A DNA stretch of 62,922 nucleotides, filler included, from Octopus bimaculoides (GCF_001194135.2; 9 parts of 9 records of this genome joined end to end with filler, not necessarily neighbours in it); one strand, 5' to 3'. Counted from the whole stretch's first letter, positions 9,940-23,079 are shown. Translations and numbers: made by a program. Notes: generated by a model not told the origin, from the sequence alone.

Positions 9940-12900
9940 TTTTTCTTCTTCAAATTTTCTTCAATTTCTCGCCGGGTGTTTTCCGTACACCTAGGGCGGT
10001 GAAGGTCATTGTATGCATTCCCAGTTTACACACGTAAATTCACAGGTAAAATATGTATTTAAAAAAGTTAATAAATAGATAAATTCATGAATGGATGTTG
10101 TTTTCACAGCGATAATGCTCTTCTCAGTACATGATTCGTTCCAGTTAACACGATGTTTTGCACTTCCTATAGGGATGGTAAGCCTGGTATCATTTTCAAA
10201 TAGGTTTCAGTACCTTTTTTTTTATCATTCCTAGAGATCCTACAATCACTGGTACGGTAGTCGCCTTGAGATGCCACGTTTTTTTCAGTTTCTATTAGCA
10301 AGTTTTTATATTTACTGACCTTGTCAAATTCTTTCGGCGCTATATTATGATCGCAAGGAATACTCATGTCAATTAATAAACACATCCTTTTTGTCTGATC
10401 TTTTATAATAATATCCGGTTTATTAGCTTTTATAGTTTTGTTGGTATGTACGGGGAAGTCCCAGAGAATCGACACATTTTCTCCCTCAGTCACAGCTTCA
10501 GGATGGTGTTTATACCATTTTTCAGCGTTTTGATTTTATAATGCCGATATATTGTCCATTGTAAATACTGGCCGACTCTGTTATGTCTTGCTTTATATTC
10601 TACAGATGCTAAGACTCTACACCCTGAGGTTAGGTGGTCTATAGTTTCAATGTCATTGTTACAGAATCGGCATTTTGGGTCAGCTCCATTTTTTTTATCA
10701 CATTGTCTTGGTAGTTCCGGTTTAATAAGCTTTGGTCTTGAGTAGCTAATATGAAACCTTCACTCTCTGCTTTTAGCCCTGAGCTTCATAACCATTGATG
10801 TGTGTGTTTCTGGTCGACATCAGCTTGTTTGCTACAGGTCACATACTTGCCATGCAGAGGTTTCTCTTCCCATCTGCTAGCTAGTTTTTCATGTGCTTTT
10901 GTCTTTGCAATTAATTTTATTTTCTTTCCAGCAGCAGTTGGCGCATTTCCTTCAACCTGATCAATCTGGTAGGTATCTAAGACATCAGTAGCGAATTTTT
11001 TGCTCTCTTTCAGAATAGAGTGAGATGTTTCGGTCTTTCATGTTTTTCAACAAATTTTAGCATCCAATCGTTGGTTGTTTCAAGATATTTGGCCATTCCG
11101 ATTGTTGTGGTTTTGTACATAAGTTCAAGCTGGATCAAGCCTCGACCTCCCTGAGCTCTGGGAAGGTAAAGACGATCCACGTCTGCTTTTGGATGGTGCA
11201 TCTTATTACAAGTCAGTAGCTTGCGGATTTTTCTATTAATTTTCATTATTTCGCTGGTATTCCAATTAAGCACATTGAAGCTATAAAGAACAACTGGGAC
11301 TGCTAAGGAATTTATGGCTAACACCTTATTATATTCATTCAGCTCAGACTTCAGAACTGCTCCAACTCTTCTATAACATTCCTTCCTAACCTTCTCTTTC
11401 ATGCTTGCATGCTGGATACCAGAGCCTTCATTTATTCCTAGGTATTTATAGGTTTGTTCCTGTTCAAGTTCCTTTATTACTGTTTCGACATCTAGTTCTA
11501 TTGGACTTGACTTTACTAGTTTCCCTTTCTTAAAATGGCACACTTTTCAAGGCCAAACTCCATCCCGATATCATCACTGAATCCTTTCACAGTATATAGT
11601 AGTCCTTCAAGCTCTTCATCATCTTTGCCATATAGCTTTAAATCATCCATATAAAATAGATGGCTTATTTTCTTGTTGTCAATTTTGTAGCCATACCCTG
11701 TTCTATTCAGATCACTTGAGAGTGGTATTAATGCTATGCAGAAAATTAGTGGTGAAAGTGAGTCACCTTGGAAAATGCCACAGTTTATGCTAGTATTGTT
11801 TGAGCGCAATACACCATTAGTATGATATAATTGGAGCTTCGTGTTCCATAGTGACATATTATACTTTAAAAAAATCTGAAATCACAGGAGAAATTTTGAA
11901 AATGTCCAGCGATTTCAGAATCCACGAATGTGGTATGCTGTCAAGGGCTTTTTTTATAATCAATCCATGAAGAGCTGAGATTTCTGCGCTTGTTATGGTA
12001 GTACTCAAGGATCATGCGATTAATTAGGAGCTGATCTTTGCATCCGTATGAGCCTAGTCTGCATCCTTTTTGTTCAGTGGGAAAGAGGTTATTCTCTTCC
12101 ATAAACGTATATGTTTTCTCCGCTAGAATGGATGTCAAAATCTTATATGTAGTAGACAAACATGTTATAGGCCGGTAGTTTTTGGGGTCTTTGGTTTCGT
12201 TATTTTTGGGGAGTAGGTTAGTAATACCATTTGCCATCCAATGGGGAGTTTTTCTGGGTCTTTCATAATACTATTAAATAGTATTACTAACATTTTGTGT
12301 GCGGACGAGAGTGATGAGAGCCAGAAATTTGGTACTCTATCAGTACCAGGGGATTTCCACTTATGAGCTTTCGTTAGTGCCCTCCTTAGGTCGGCGATTG
12401 AGATGTCTTCCCATACCTGTTCTTGTAGATTTTTGTAGGCATCTTGGGTGTGTTTGATCCAGTCTGCATTTTCATTGTATGGTTTCTCATCACTCCAGAT
12501 CCCTTTCCAAAAGTTTTCAACTTCTTCCATTAGGGGTGGATTTTCAATGGTTATTTTTTCTTTCCCTATNNNNNNNNNNNNNNNNNNNNNNNNNNNNNNN
12601 NNNNNNNNNNNNNNNNNNNNNNNNNNNNNNNNNNNNNNNNNNNNNNNNNNNNNNNNNNNNNNNNNNNNNNNNNNNNNNNNNNNNNNNNNNNNNNNNNNNN
12701 NNNNNNNNNNNNNNNNNNNNNNNNNNNNNNNNNNNNNNNNNNNNNNNNNNNNNNNNNNNNNNNNNNNNNNNNNNNNNNNNNNNNNNNNNNNNNNNNNNNN
12801 NNNNNNNNNNNNNNNNNNNNNNNNNNNNNNNNNNNNNNNNNNNNNNNNNNNNNNNNNNNNNNNNNNNNNNNNNNNNNNNNNNNNNNNNNNNNNNNNNNNN

Positions 12901-13955
12901 NNNNNNNNNNNNNNNNNNNNNNNNNNNNNNNNNNNNNNNNNNNNNNNNNNNNNNNNNNNNNNNNNNNNNNNNNNNNNNNNNNNNNNNNNNNNNNNNNNNN
13001 NNNNNNNNNNNNNNNNNNNNNNNNNNNNNNNNNNNNNNNNNNNNNNNTTAAACAGCGTCTTTCGATTACCTTAGCAACAGAGTAAATAATTTCATTTAAC
13101 TTATTAAGATCGGGTTTTAGTTGTTGTATGATCTCTTGTGTAACACAGTTGCCAATTTTTATTTGCGTTTTATGTTGGTGTGCATTTGGTAGTTTATGGA
13201 GTGGTTCCCTATCATTCATATTTGTATGCCCTACAACTGCAAGCTCATTCAGAACTTCCTGCTTCATTTCAGTGATAGATTTTCTGTGTTGTTCAGCAAA
13301 TACGTGGTCTTCAAATTCTGTTTCGACATCATTTTCCTGGCCGTTTTTCCTAGGCTCATTATATTTTCCTTTTTCTTCAGGCTCTTGAGTGGTTTCGGCA
13401 GATGATCGCCTTTCAGTCAATGTTTGTGGTCCAGCATTCCTCTCTTCTATTTCGTTATTTCTTTCCTGACTTATATTTAGGTCATTCTCTACCGCTCTTT
13501 TAATAGAGGTTAATTCTGCATCTGTGAGTCTGGTATTTCTGAAGATATCTCTTCTAACAGTTGCTAATCTAGTTTCATCTAGATTTGGTCTGCTAGCTGG
13601 ATTCCGTCTCCTCCAAATTCTGTAGGAGTTTGCGGTGTGTTTCTCTTGGGTTGGCCTACTTAATGCAAAGTAATAAGCGTATATTATATCTTTATATTCT
13701 TCCCGGTTCCATTTAGTTCTTTTACATTTTTGATTTTGTGGTCGTTGTGGTGGTGAACTTTGGGGGCTTAATTTGGGACAAATCCCGTCTAAGTGACCTT
13801 CCAGGTTCGTATTCGGGGAAGATATTCTGCCATCTGAAAATCTTTCGCCGTCAGGCTGACAGCCTCATGACAGGCGCGCTTCCAGAATGACCATTGGACA
13901 AGCGATTCGGTGTACTGTTTGAAATTTTCTTTTCTTTTAAAGTAAAGTTAGATTA
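9940..13955 (-). mobile_element. Near-full-length R4/Dong-type LINE (single ORF: N-terminal Myb-like motif, RT, CCHC, RLE), inactivated by frameshifts; ~480-nt gap inside
   Basis: KRTKWNREEY N-terminal motif; WKSPGTDRVPNFWL; NYRPITCLST; GIFQGDSLSPLIFC; HLFYMDDLKLY; HHPKADVDRLYLPRAQGGRGL; ILWDF...KPDIII...LIDMSIP..N; (TAA)n at both flanks. Confidence 0.92.
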
Positions 13956-14049
13956 TTATTAAATTTTCATTAAAAAATTTATTTATTCATTTTATTTTTT
14001 ATGTATTTATTTTTTTCCCGCTAATCTTCATATAGGGGCCGCATTTATC

Positions 14050-14268
14050 ATCATTAGCAGCAGCAGCAACATCACTATCAGCAGCAGCAGCGGCAGTGGT
14101 AATAGTAGTAGTAGTGGCAACAGCAACAGTTGCAGTACCAGTAGCAGCAGTAGCAGCAGTAGCAGCAGTAGCAATGGTAGCAGTAGCAGCAGCAGCAGCA
14201 GCAATAGTAGTAGTAGTAGTAGTAATAGCAGTAGCAGCAGTAGTAGTAGCAGCAAGAGCAGCAGTAAG

Positions 14269-14342
<74 letters not shown>

Positions 14343-14352
14343 CGGCAGCAGT

Positions 14353-14423
<71 letters not shown>

Positions 14424-14435
14424 TAGTAGCAGTAG
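14050..14435. repeat. Compound (AGC)n/(AGT)n trinucleotide microsatellite
   Basis: Direct reading; source of the poly-L/C/Y/A/V pseudo-ORFs. Confidence 0.95.
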
Positions 14436-14714
14436 TAAGTGCGGCTCATTTTATTTTTTTTTCGGAGTGGGATGGGATGGGATCGGTCAAAAAGAGTTGA
14501 AATGTTTAGTACTACTAACAGCGATCAACAGCAACAGTGACCTTGACCTTAAAAAAAATTAAGCAAGGGCCGACTTACACTGTTCTGTATTATTTGTGAA
14601 TAGAGAAGTTGTGTTCGACCAGAGAGAATCTATTATTATTATTCCACGTGCATTTCTGTTATTGCATATCTCGAGTATTCAGGGAGAAAATAAAGGTAAT
14701 ATTGTAGAAATTAA

Positions 14715-16020
14715 ATTCGGCATTTTTCCTAACACTTTACTCATTAATGCACTAGTTAATCTTAGATCTGGCCACTTCTCACTCACTACTTCTTCCCTCA
14801 CTTTCTTTAACCATACTGCATCTCCATTATGATTGACTGGTTTATCCCAAATATTACTCCAAAACTTTCTAGCTTCCTCTGCATTAGGTTTTTCATCATC
14901 AGTACTTCGTTCTCCACTATTTACTTAGTTATAAAATCTCCTCTAGTCTGTCTCAAATAATCTATTCTGTTGATATTGATCTATTCTTTTCATATATCTA
15001 GAGAGCTTGCCTGCTACTGCTATGATACACTGTTTCAACTTTTCTATTACTGTCCCAAATCCTTTCTCTTTGGCAAAATATTTTTTCTCGAAGGAAGATT
15101 TGCATCTTGTGTTTCCTAACCTTTTTCAGTTTCCGGGTTTCTATTTTGCTCCGATCTTGTCTTAAAGTCTTCCTTTTATTTTGTAGTCTTCTTTTCCACA
15201 TTTTCTCTTTTTTAATCTTTCCCTATGAGACATCTAATCTTCTGGTGACTACTACCCCTCTTGCATAGATCAATAAGTTAGTGTCTTTTATATTTTTAAT
15301 ATCTATTCTACTGATAACAGAATCTCCTTTCCAAGTCATTTCTTGTAGCTTCCTTCTGTTGGTGCCTTTTAATGCTGGTAATCTTTTTCTTACTTCTTTA
15401 CTCATTACTTCCTGCAACTCATCTAAAATCTGATCTTCCTCACTTAAATCCCTTAAGTCGTTGGTGCCAGTTGTCCCTTCCTTATTGGTAGTGCTAGTGT
15501 TATTTTTTCCTTTAGGTTTTTCTTTGGTTTGAGCTGTATCTCTTCTATGTTGTTGTTTGTCTTTCCCACTGCCTGGTCTTTCTTTTCCAGTTCTTTTGTG
15601 ATCTCTTCTACTTCCAATTCTGTCATCCACTTTCTTCTCCTAATAGCATCAGCTTGATCAACTAATCACTACTCGGTCACTTTAAACACAACCTTCTCTA
15701 CCCAAAGTGGTAACATCCGTTTTCTATGGCCCCTTCTCTTAGGTTCACTTTCTAAGTAGCACTGTAACACTAACCTGTTTTCTTCGCTGACCCACTTCCT
15801 CGTCCTTGCTCTGTTATTTGCTGATGCTGTATTAGGATGTCTGCTGTGGTCCATTTGCCTCTTTACTGATCCACTGCCGAGCGAGAGGCCTTCTCTTAAA
15901 GGCCCAGCTTCATTTTCGCTATTTCAACCAGAGATTTTCGGAAACTCCCGTCTCTCATAAACTGAGCTAAGGCAACGTTCGTCACCGTCGTCATCGTCGT
16001 ATTATTTCTCGACATCTGAA
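14715..16020 (-). mobile_element. 5' half of a second R4/Dong-type LINE family, decayed
   Basis: RKWVSEENRLVLQCYLESEPKRRGHRKRMLPLW...; WKRRLQNK; YQQNRLFETD; EARKFWSNIWDKPVNHN; breaks off at KMPN before the RT core. Confidence 0.8.
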
Positions 16021-16709
16021 AGTTTCCAGCAACTTTCTATTGCATTATTTGTTGCACCTTTGTGCCGGTGGGNNNNNNNNNNNNNNNNNNNNNNNNNNNN
16101 NNNNNNNNNNNNNNNNNNNNNNNNNNNNNNNNNNNNNNNNNNNNNNNNNNNNNNNNNNNNNNNNNNNNNNNNNNNNNNNNNNNNNNNNNNNNNNNNNNNN
16201 NNNNNNNNNNNNNNNNNNNNNNNNNNNNNNNNNNNNNNNNNNNNNNNNNNNNNNNNNNNNNNNNNNNNNNNNNNNNNNNNNNNNNNNNNNNNNNNNNNNN
16301 NNNNNNNNNNNNNNNNNNNNNNNNNNNNNNNNNNNNNNNNNNNNNNNNNNNNNNNNNNNNNNNNNNNNNNNNNNNNNNNNNNNNNNNNNNNNNNNNNNNN
16401 NNNNNNNNTGTATTGTATCAGTATGCTTTGTTATGGGGTTTTGTTTGAGTCTTCGGTTGTATTAGTTTTTATCTTGTGTGCTGTTTGTGTAGCGCAGGTT
16501 GTGTTCTTCTGTCGGGTGTCGGCCTTCTATGGCAAATGTTGCGGGTTTTGTTCATTTTGCTGGGTATTTACAGTACGAGTTTATTCTTGTATGATTCTGG
16601 AGGGGTGTTGCTTAATAGTGTGTGTAACTCCTAAATCAACTATTTTATAGTATTTATGATTATCCGTCCGCCGTTCTTTTGTTTGGCTTTGTTATGGGTT
16701 TCGTTAATT

Positions 16710-16756
<47 letters not shown>

Positions 16757-16789
16757 TATTATTATTATCATTATTATTATCATCTTTCG

Positions 16790-17110
16790 ATTCTGTTTCT
16801 TTTTTTGCCGAGTGCCGTCCTGACACCTAGGGCAGAGACACGCACTGTATGCATTTGTAGGCGATTAAAATATTCACACCAGATTGTTAATTTATTAAGT
16901 CATGTAATAGAAAAAAGGGGAAGAAAGAGAGAAAAAAATAAATAAATGTAAACAGGAGTGGTTGTGTGGTAAGTAGCTTGCTTACCTACCACATGGTTCC
17001 GGGTTCAGTCCCACTGCGTGGCACCTTGGGCAAGTGTCTTCTACTATAGCCTCGGGCCAACCAAAGCCTTGTGAATGGATTTGGTAGAGGGAAACTGAAA
17101 GAAGCCCGTC

Positions 17111-17168
<58 letters not shown>

Positions 17169-17640
17169 TTGCGTTTCTGTGTTTGTCCCCCCACCCAACA
17201 TCGCTTGACAACCGATGCTGGTGTGTTTACGTCCCCGTATCTAGCGGTTCGGCAAAAGAGACCGATAGAATAAATACTAGGCTTACAAAAAATAAGTCAT
17301 GGGGTCGATTTGCTCGACTAAAGGCGGTGCTCCAGCACGGCCGTAGTCAAATGACTGAAATAAGTAAAAGACTAAAAGAAAAGAATGAAAAAAATAAAGG
17401 GAAAAAAAGGAAAGAAAATTCACTGCGACAACCAGTTAATACAATCTTTTGCGCTTCCTGCATGAATAGTAATCCAGGGATCATTCTCAAATAATTTTCA
17501 GTTCCATTACTGATAATTTCAAGTGCTCCTACAATCACTGTTATTGTAACCGTCTTGCGATGCTACCTTTGCTTCAACTATTGTGTGGTACTATCAAATG
17601 TTGTTTAGTTTTGACTTTTGTCTTGTACTCCAGATAATCA
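16790..17640 (-). mobile_element. R4/Dong-type LINE 3' end, interrupted by a SINE A copy
   Basis: IVGALEIISNGTENYLRMIPGL..MQEAQKIVL at 17420-17640; 3'UTR motif ACACCTAGGGC...TGTATGCATT at 16820-16855 shared with 9985-10022; (ATT)/(ATC)n tail region 16710-16780. Confidence 0.7.
16952..17370 (+). mobile_element. tRNA-derived SINE family A (bipartite, internal (TA)n(TG)n)
   Basis: CAGGAGTGG.TGTGTGGTAAG A box, GGTTCAGTCCC B box, GGAAACTGAAAGAAGCCCGTCG, microsatellite, then GACAACCGATGCTGGTGTG...GGCGGTGCTCCAGCA..GTCAAATGACTGAAA. Confidence 0.9.
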
Positions 17641-18029
17641 TATGTGAGGATTGGAGTAGATAGGAGAAAGAGAAGCGGGTCTGTAAGTAGGGTCGGTAGA
17701 TGGTGAGGAGATTAACAATGGGGCTTCGCATTCCTGTGCGATCAAGGGACAAAGGAAGCATCACACACCTGCAGTCAGTAGAGGTCAAATGTGCTTACTA
17801 CTACTAGCTATCAATGAGAGTGCTGACCTTGGCCTTAGAAAGAACCAATTCACCTTGTTCCGTTTTAAATTTCTGATACTGACGCTTACATCGTTGAACT
17901 TTTAATTTTTTGGATTTTTGGTTTTGGATTCTTAAAATTTTCTTTTTCTTTTTAGTTTACAGTTTTCGTAATTGTACAGTTTATATATATTGGCAGGTGC
18001 TTATCTCCTTAATTTTCATCGTGTGTTTA

Positions 18030-18480
18030 ATTTGTTGCAATAAAAGGTATGTTTGCATATTCGAGTAGTCAAAGAGAAAAGAAGGGTAAAATTTTCACAG
18101 AAAATTATAGATACTAAAGTTTTCAATTTTCTAAAGATGATCGTTTGTATGTCCGGCCATAAAAAACTGTAGTGTTCTTGCAATAAAAAGGGTATTTACA
18201 TTCTCGAATGTTCAGGGGAAAAGGGAACCAAAGAAAAGAAGGATAAGGTTTTCATAGAAAATTGCAGATATCAAAATTTTTTAATTTTCTAAAGACGATC
18301 GTTTGTATGTCCGAACAGAGAAAACTGTAGTGTTCTTACAGTAAAAAGTATGCTTACATTTTCGAATATTCAGGGAGAAAGGAAAGGATAGGAGTTCACA
18401 GAAGTTGTAAATATTAATTTGCTTTTAAAGTTTTTAATGATGATTGTTTGTGTGTTCGTCCAGAGAAAATTGTAGATATG
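18030..18480. repeat. Three diverged tandem units of ~145-160 bp
   Basis: Anchor GATCGTTTGTATGTCC and variants at ~18139, 18297, 18442; related sequence at 14590-14720. Confidence 0.75.
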
Positions 18481-18949
18481 TAAGTTTCTAACCTTATTTT
18501 GGGGGAAAATTAAAAACATACTCAGGAGATTGTAGATGTTCCAGTTTTTGAAAGTTATTCTTCAGTTGTTCTGCTGGGTTGTATTAGTGTTTCTGTGTCT
18601 TCGGCTACTGACTGGTCAGCGCAGCGAAGAACAAGTCCGGTCGCTGTCAAGGCTAGCGCTCTTCCCCTCGAATAATTTTCAGTTCCTTTACTGATCATTG
18701 CAAGTGTTCCTACAATCACTGGTATCGTAACCGTCTTGAGATACTATCTTTGCTCCAACTACTGTGTGATATTATTAAATGTTGTTTAGTTTTGACTTTT
18801 GACTTGTATTTGACATAATCATAAATATGTGAGGGTTGGAGTAGCTTTAAAAAAATATTCACAAGAGATTGCAGATGTTCCAGTTTTTGAAAGTTATTTT
18901 TCAGTTGTTCTGCTGGGTTGTATTAGTGTTTTTGTGTCTTTGGCTGCTA

Positions 18950-19345
18950 CTACTACTACTACTACTACTACTACTATTTATTTTCTTTTTATCACAAGTT
19001 TTGTTGGAGCTCTTGCAAGCGTAGCGGGCTTACTACCTGTACCATACTATTCGTTATTTTCAGCTATCTAATACTTAACTAGTTATTCTGGTCGTGCCAA
19101 GGAGGCAAACCTTTTGTAACAGTTCTACTGGGAACTTTATTCCAATTTCCTTTATATTCCTCTTGATACTGTTCCCGAGGACCCAACAATAATTCTTCAC
19201 CTTCTTCATTTTCTATAGCCGGGCTATTTCGTACTTAAGAGGGTTTATCTATCTGTCTTTTTGCCTGCCTTCTCCATTATTCGTGGGCCAAAGAGGCAAG
19301 CAACGTCAACTATATAGCCTATGTGATTCACCTTGTCCCCCACCA
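18950..19345 (-). mobile_element. Decayed R4/Dong-type LINE 3' end with a (TAG)n tail
   Basis: KEIGIKFPVELLQKVCLLGTTRI C-terminus; tail reads AAATAAATAGTAGTAGTAG on the minus strand. Confidence 0.65.
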
Positions 19346-19369
19346 CTAGGTCCGGTCTGTATCTAAAAT

Positions 19370-19590
19370 CAATAATTTTTTTAAACGCCGAGGCCGTGTT
19401 GAGAACTGCTTTTTGGTAACCATGGATGTTTCCTCCTTATATCCTAATATTGACCACAATGAAGGGGTAGAAGCATGCATGGATGCCTTTGAGAAGCGGT
19501 CAAATAAAAGTGTTCCAACAAATTTGCTCTGTAGATTATTGAGGTTTGTGTTAGAAAGTAACACAATGCAGTTTAGACAAAGATTCTACC
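19370..19590 (+). mobile_element. Penelope-like reverse transcriptase fragment
   Basis: ENCFLVTMDVSSLYPNIDHNEGVEAC...LLRFVLESNTMQF..RFY, the D..SLY.NI / L..N.F.F motifs of PLE RT. Confidence 0.8.
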
Positions 19591-20240
19591 GTCATCCCAC
19601 ATATATCTCCACCGCCGCTCCGATCATCCACATCATCTTATTCGGTNNNNNNNNNNNNNNNNNNNNNNNNNNNNNNNNNNNNNNNNNNNNTTAATTAATT
19701 AANNNNNNNNNNNNNNNNNNNNNNNNNNNNNNNNNNNNNNNNNNNNGGTGGTAGTTGGGCAAGGGTCAAGTCACAATACCATTATCCACCTCAAAAGTAT
19801 TGCATTACCTACGCACGGTTGACTTGTCGTGGGATTTACTCTTGTCCAAGGGCCCAGACCAGACGAAACAGACATCAGTATATGGTATGTCTGAGCCCCT
19901 TGCTCCCTAGCCCCTAAGACAAGCCTTATGAGGGCTGCCCCTCCTTCCTTCACAGACAAACAGTTAATGAAGACAAACATTGTGAAAACAACAAAACAGG
20001 AAACAATTGCCACTAGCATCATCATCATCATTGTTATCATAATACATCAGCTGTCAGTATCTTTGTTTGTACCGACACCACCATCACCATCGCCATCATC
20101 ACCTTAGTCAGTGCCACTTCCATCACTATCTCAATTAACCATCGATCTTACTGCAATTAACATGATTGTGATTATCATCTTCATTTTAGTCGTCGTCATC
20201 GTCGTCGTCATCATCATCACATTCCTCAACATCGACATCC

Positions 20241-20627
20241 TTTTATTCTTTTACTTGTTTCAGTCATTTGACTGCAGCCATGCTGGAGCACCGCCTTTAG
20301 TCGAACAAACCAACTCCAGGCTCCAGGACTTATTCTTTGTAAGCTGAGTACTTATTCTATTGGTTTCTTTTGCCGAACTTCTAAGTTACGGGGATGTAAA
20401 CACACCGGCATCAGTTGTCAAGTGATGGTGGGGGGTACAAACACAGACACACAAACACACACACACACACATATATATACGACAGGCTTCTTTCAGTTTC
20501 CGTCTACCAAATCCACTCACAAGGCTTTGGTCGGCCCGAGGCTATAGTAGAAGATACTTGCCCAAGGTGCCACGCAGTGGGACTGAACCCAGAACCATGT
20601 GGTTGGTAAGAAAGCTACTTACCACTG
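20241..20627 (-). mobile_element. SINE family A
   Basis: Reverse complement of the family A consensus; head runs into a gap. Confidence 0.9.
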
Positions 20628-21242
20628 NNNNNNNNNNNNNNNNNNNNNNNNNNNNNNNNNNNNNNNNNNNNNNNNNNNNNNNNNNNNNNNNNNNNNNNNN
20701 NNNNNNNNNNNNNNNNNNNNNNNNNNNNNNNNNNNNNNNNNNNNNNNNNNNNNNNNNNNNNNNNNNNNNNNNNNNNNNNNNNNNNNNNNNNNNNNNNNNN
20801 NNNNNNNNNNNNNNNNNNNNNNNNNNNNNNNNNNNNNNNNNNNNNNNNNNNNNNNNNNNNNNNNNNNNNNNNNNNNNNNNNNNNNNNNNNNNNNNNNNNN
20901 NNNNNNNNNNNNNNNNNNNNNNNNNNNNNNNNNNNNNNNNNNNNNNNNNNNNNNNNNNNNNNNNNNNNNNNNNNNNNNNNNNNNNNNNNNNNNNNNNNNN
21001 NNNNNNNNNNNNNNNNNNNNNNNNNNNNNNNNNNNNNNNNNNNNNNNNNNNNNNNNNNNNNNNNNNNNNNNNNNNNNNNNNNNNNNNNNNNNNNNNNNNN
21101 NNNNNNNNNNNNNNNNNNNNNNNNNNNNNNNNNNNNNNNNNNNNNNNNNNNNNNNNNNNNNNNNNNNNNNNNNNNNNNNNNNNNNNNNNNNNNNNNNNNN
21201 NNNNNNNNNNNNNNNNNNNNNNNNNNNNNNNNNNNNNNNNNN

Positions 21243-21568
21243 CGACCCCAGGACCTATTCTTTCTTTGGAAGCCTAGTACTTATTCTATCAGTCTCCTTT
21301 GCTGAACCGCTAAGTTATGGGGACATAAACACACCACCATCGGTTGTCAAGCGATGTTGGGGGGACAAACAGACACACAAACACACACATACACATATAT
21401 ATATATATATATACATATATACGACAGGCTTCTTTCAGTTTCCGTCTACCAAATCCACTCACAAGGCTTTGGTCGGCCCGAGGCTATAGTAGAAGATACT
21501 TGCCCAAGGTGCCACGCAGTGGGACTGAACCCAGAACCATGTGGTTGGTAAGAAAGCTACTTACCACT
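21243..21568 (-). mobile_element. SINE family A
   Basis: Reverse complement of the family A consensus; head nearly identical to 20480-20627. Confidence 0.9.
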
Positions 21569-21574
21569 GGCAGA

Positions 21575-22023
21575 CTCGTTAACACACTGGGCAACAAAAT
21601 ACTTAGCAGCGTTCTATCCATCTTTATGTTCTGAGTTCAAATTCCACCAAAGTCAACTTTACCTTTCATCATTTCAGGGTTGGTAAAATAAGTACCAATT
21701 GAACCCTAGGATCGGTGTAACAGATTAACCCCTCCCCTAAAATTGCTAAAACCTTGCGCCAAAATTTGAACTCATTATTATCATTATTGTTAAAGTGGTG
21801 AGGTGGGAGAATCTTTAGCACACCGGTCAAAATGCCTAGATGCATTTTGTCCATCTTCATGTTCCAAGTTCAAATACTTCAAAGGTCAACTTCGCCTTTC
21901 GTCCTTTTGGGGTCAATAAAATAAGTAGCTGTTGGGCATTGGAGTCGATGCAATCAACTTGACCCACCCCACCCCACCCCTACACACACACTTGAAATTG
22001 CTGGCCTTGTGCCAAAATTTGAA
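21575..22023 (+). mobile_element. Two tandem diverged SINE C copies
   Basis: TGGCAGA.TC.TTA.CAC..GG.CAAAAT.C.TAG head and GTCAACTT..CCTTTC.TC...GGG.T.ATAAAATAAGTA core, twice (21575-21775, 21795-22023). Confidence 0.7.
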
Positions 22024-23040
22024 NNNNNNNNNNNNNNNNNNNNNNNNNNNNNNNNNNNNNNNNNNNNNNNNNNNNNNNNNNNNNNNNNNNNNNNNNNNNN
22101 NNNNNNNNNNNNNNNNNNNNNNNNNNNNNNNNNNNNNNNNNNNNNNNNNNNNNNNNNNNNNNNNNNNNNNNNNNNNNNNNNNNNNNNNNNNNNNNNNNNN
22201 NNNNNNNNNNNNNNNNNNNNNNNNNNNNNNNNNNNNNNNNNNNNNNNNNNNNNNNNNNNNNNNNNNGGGGGGGGGGGAGGTGTTTGTCAAGTCACAACAA
22301 TGACCTCAGACAGACAGTACTTTAAGCATTATTATTGTTGTTGTTGTTGTTGTCATCATGATCATCACCACCACCACCACCAACCCATCCACACAAACCA
22401 CCAAATATTGTCTTTGATAAATACTCACCGTTACCACTGCCACCGCCATTCAGCCCGACTATGCCTCTCACCTGCAACAGTCTGTGAAGGAACAACAACA
22501 ACAAAAATGAAAAAAAAAAAGAAAAGAAAAATGGAAATATCAAAAAGAAGAAGGAAAAGACACCTATACCTCCCCCCATTAAACACACACACACACACAC
22601 ATACACACAAACAATAAATATGACAAAAACAACTAAATTAAAACAAACTACTTGCCCTCTTCCACCACCGATTGACCTCACCTCACACCTCCACCACCAA
22701 TGAAAAATGTACTAAAATAAAATATTAATAAAAATTATCTAAAAAAAACAAAAAAAAACAAGCAAAAGAAACAGGGATTATTATGCAATTTAGCTTTGGT
22801 TATTGTATATTTTGTAGTTTAGTTTTAAAATTCATTGTGTTATTTATTATGTAATGTTTGTTTGTTTGGTTTTGTTTGTTATCTTTTGTTTAAACTAACT
22901 TGCTGTTATCTGTCTGTTGCGACTCGCTTATCTTGTCTAACTGAGGCAGTCCTCCCCCTCTCCGCTCATGCACACTTAAAACCACCTGTTCTTACCTAAC
23001 GCTGACATCTTCCCAGCACCCCGCTCCTAACTACACACAT

Positions 23041-23079
<39 letters not shown>

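Noticed and set aside
13820-13900. HDV-like ribozyme in the Dong 5'UTR (GG-hairpin-CGAA on the minus strand)
   Set aside because: P4 and J4/2 look-alikes exist, but I could not find L3 (UYCNCG), P1 or P3; a covariance-model search would be needed
14028-14500. Poly-Leu, poly-Cys/Tyr and poly-Ala/Val ORFs
   Set aside because: Translations of an (AGC)/(AGT) microsatellite
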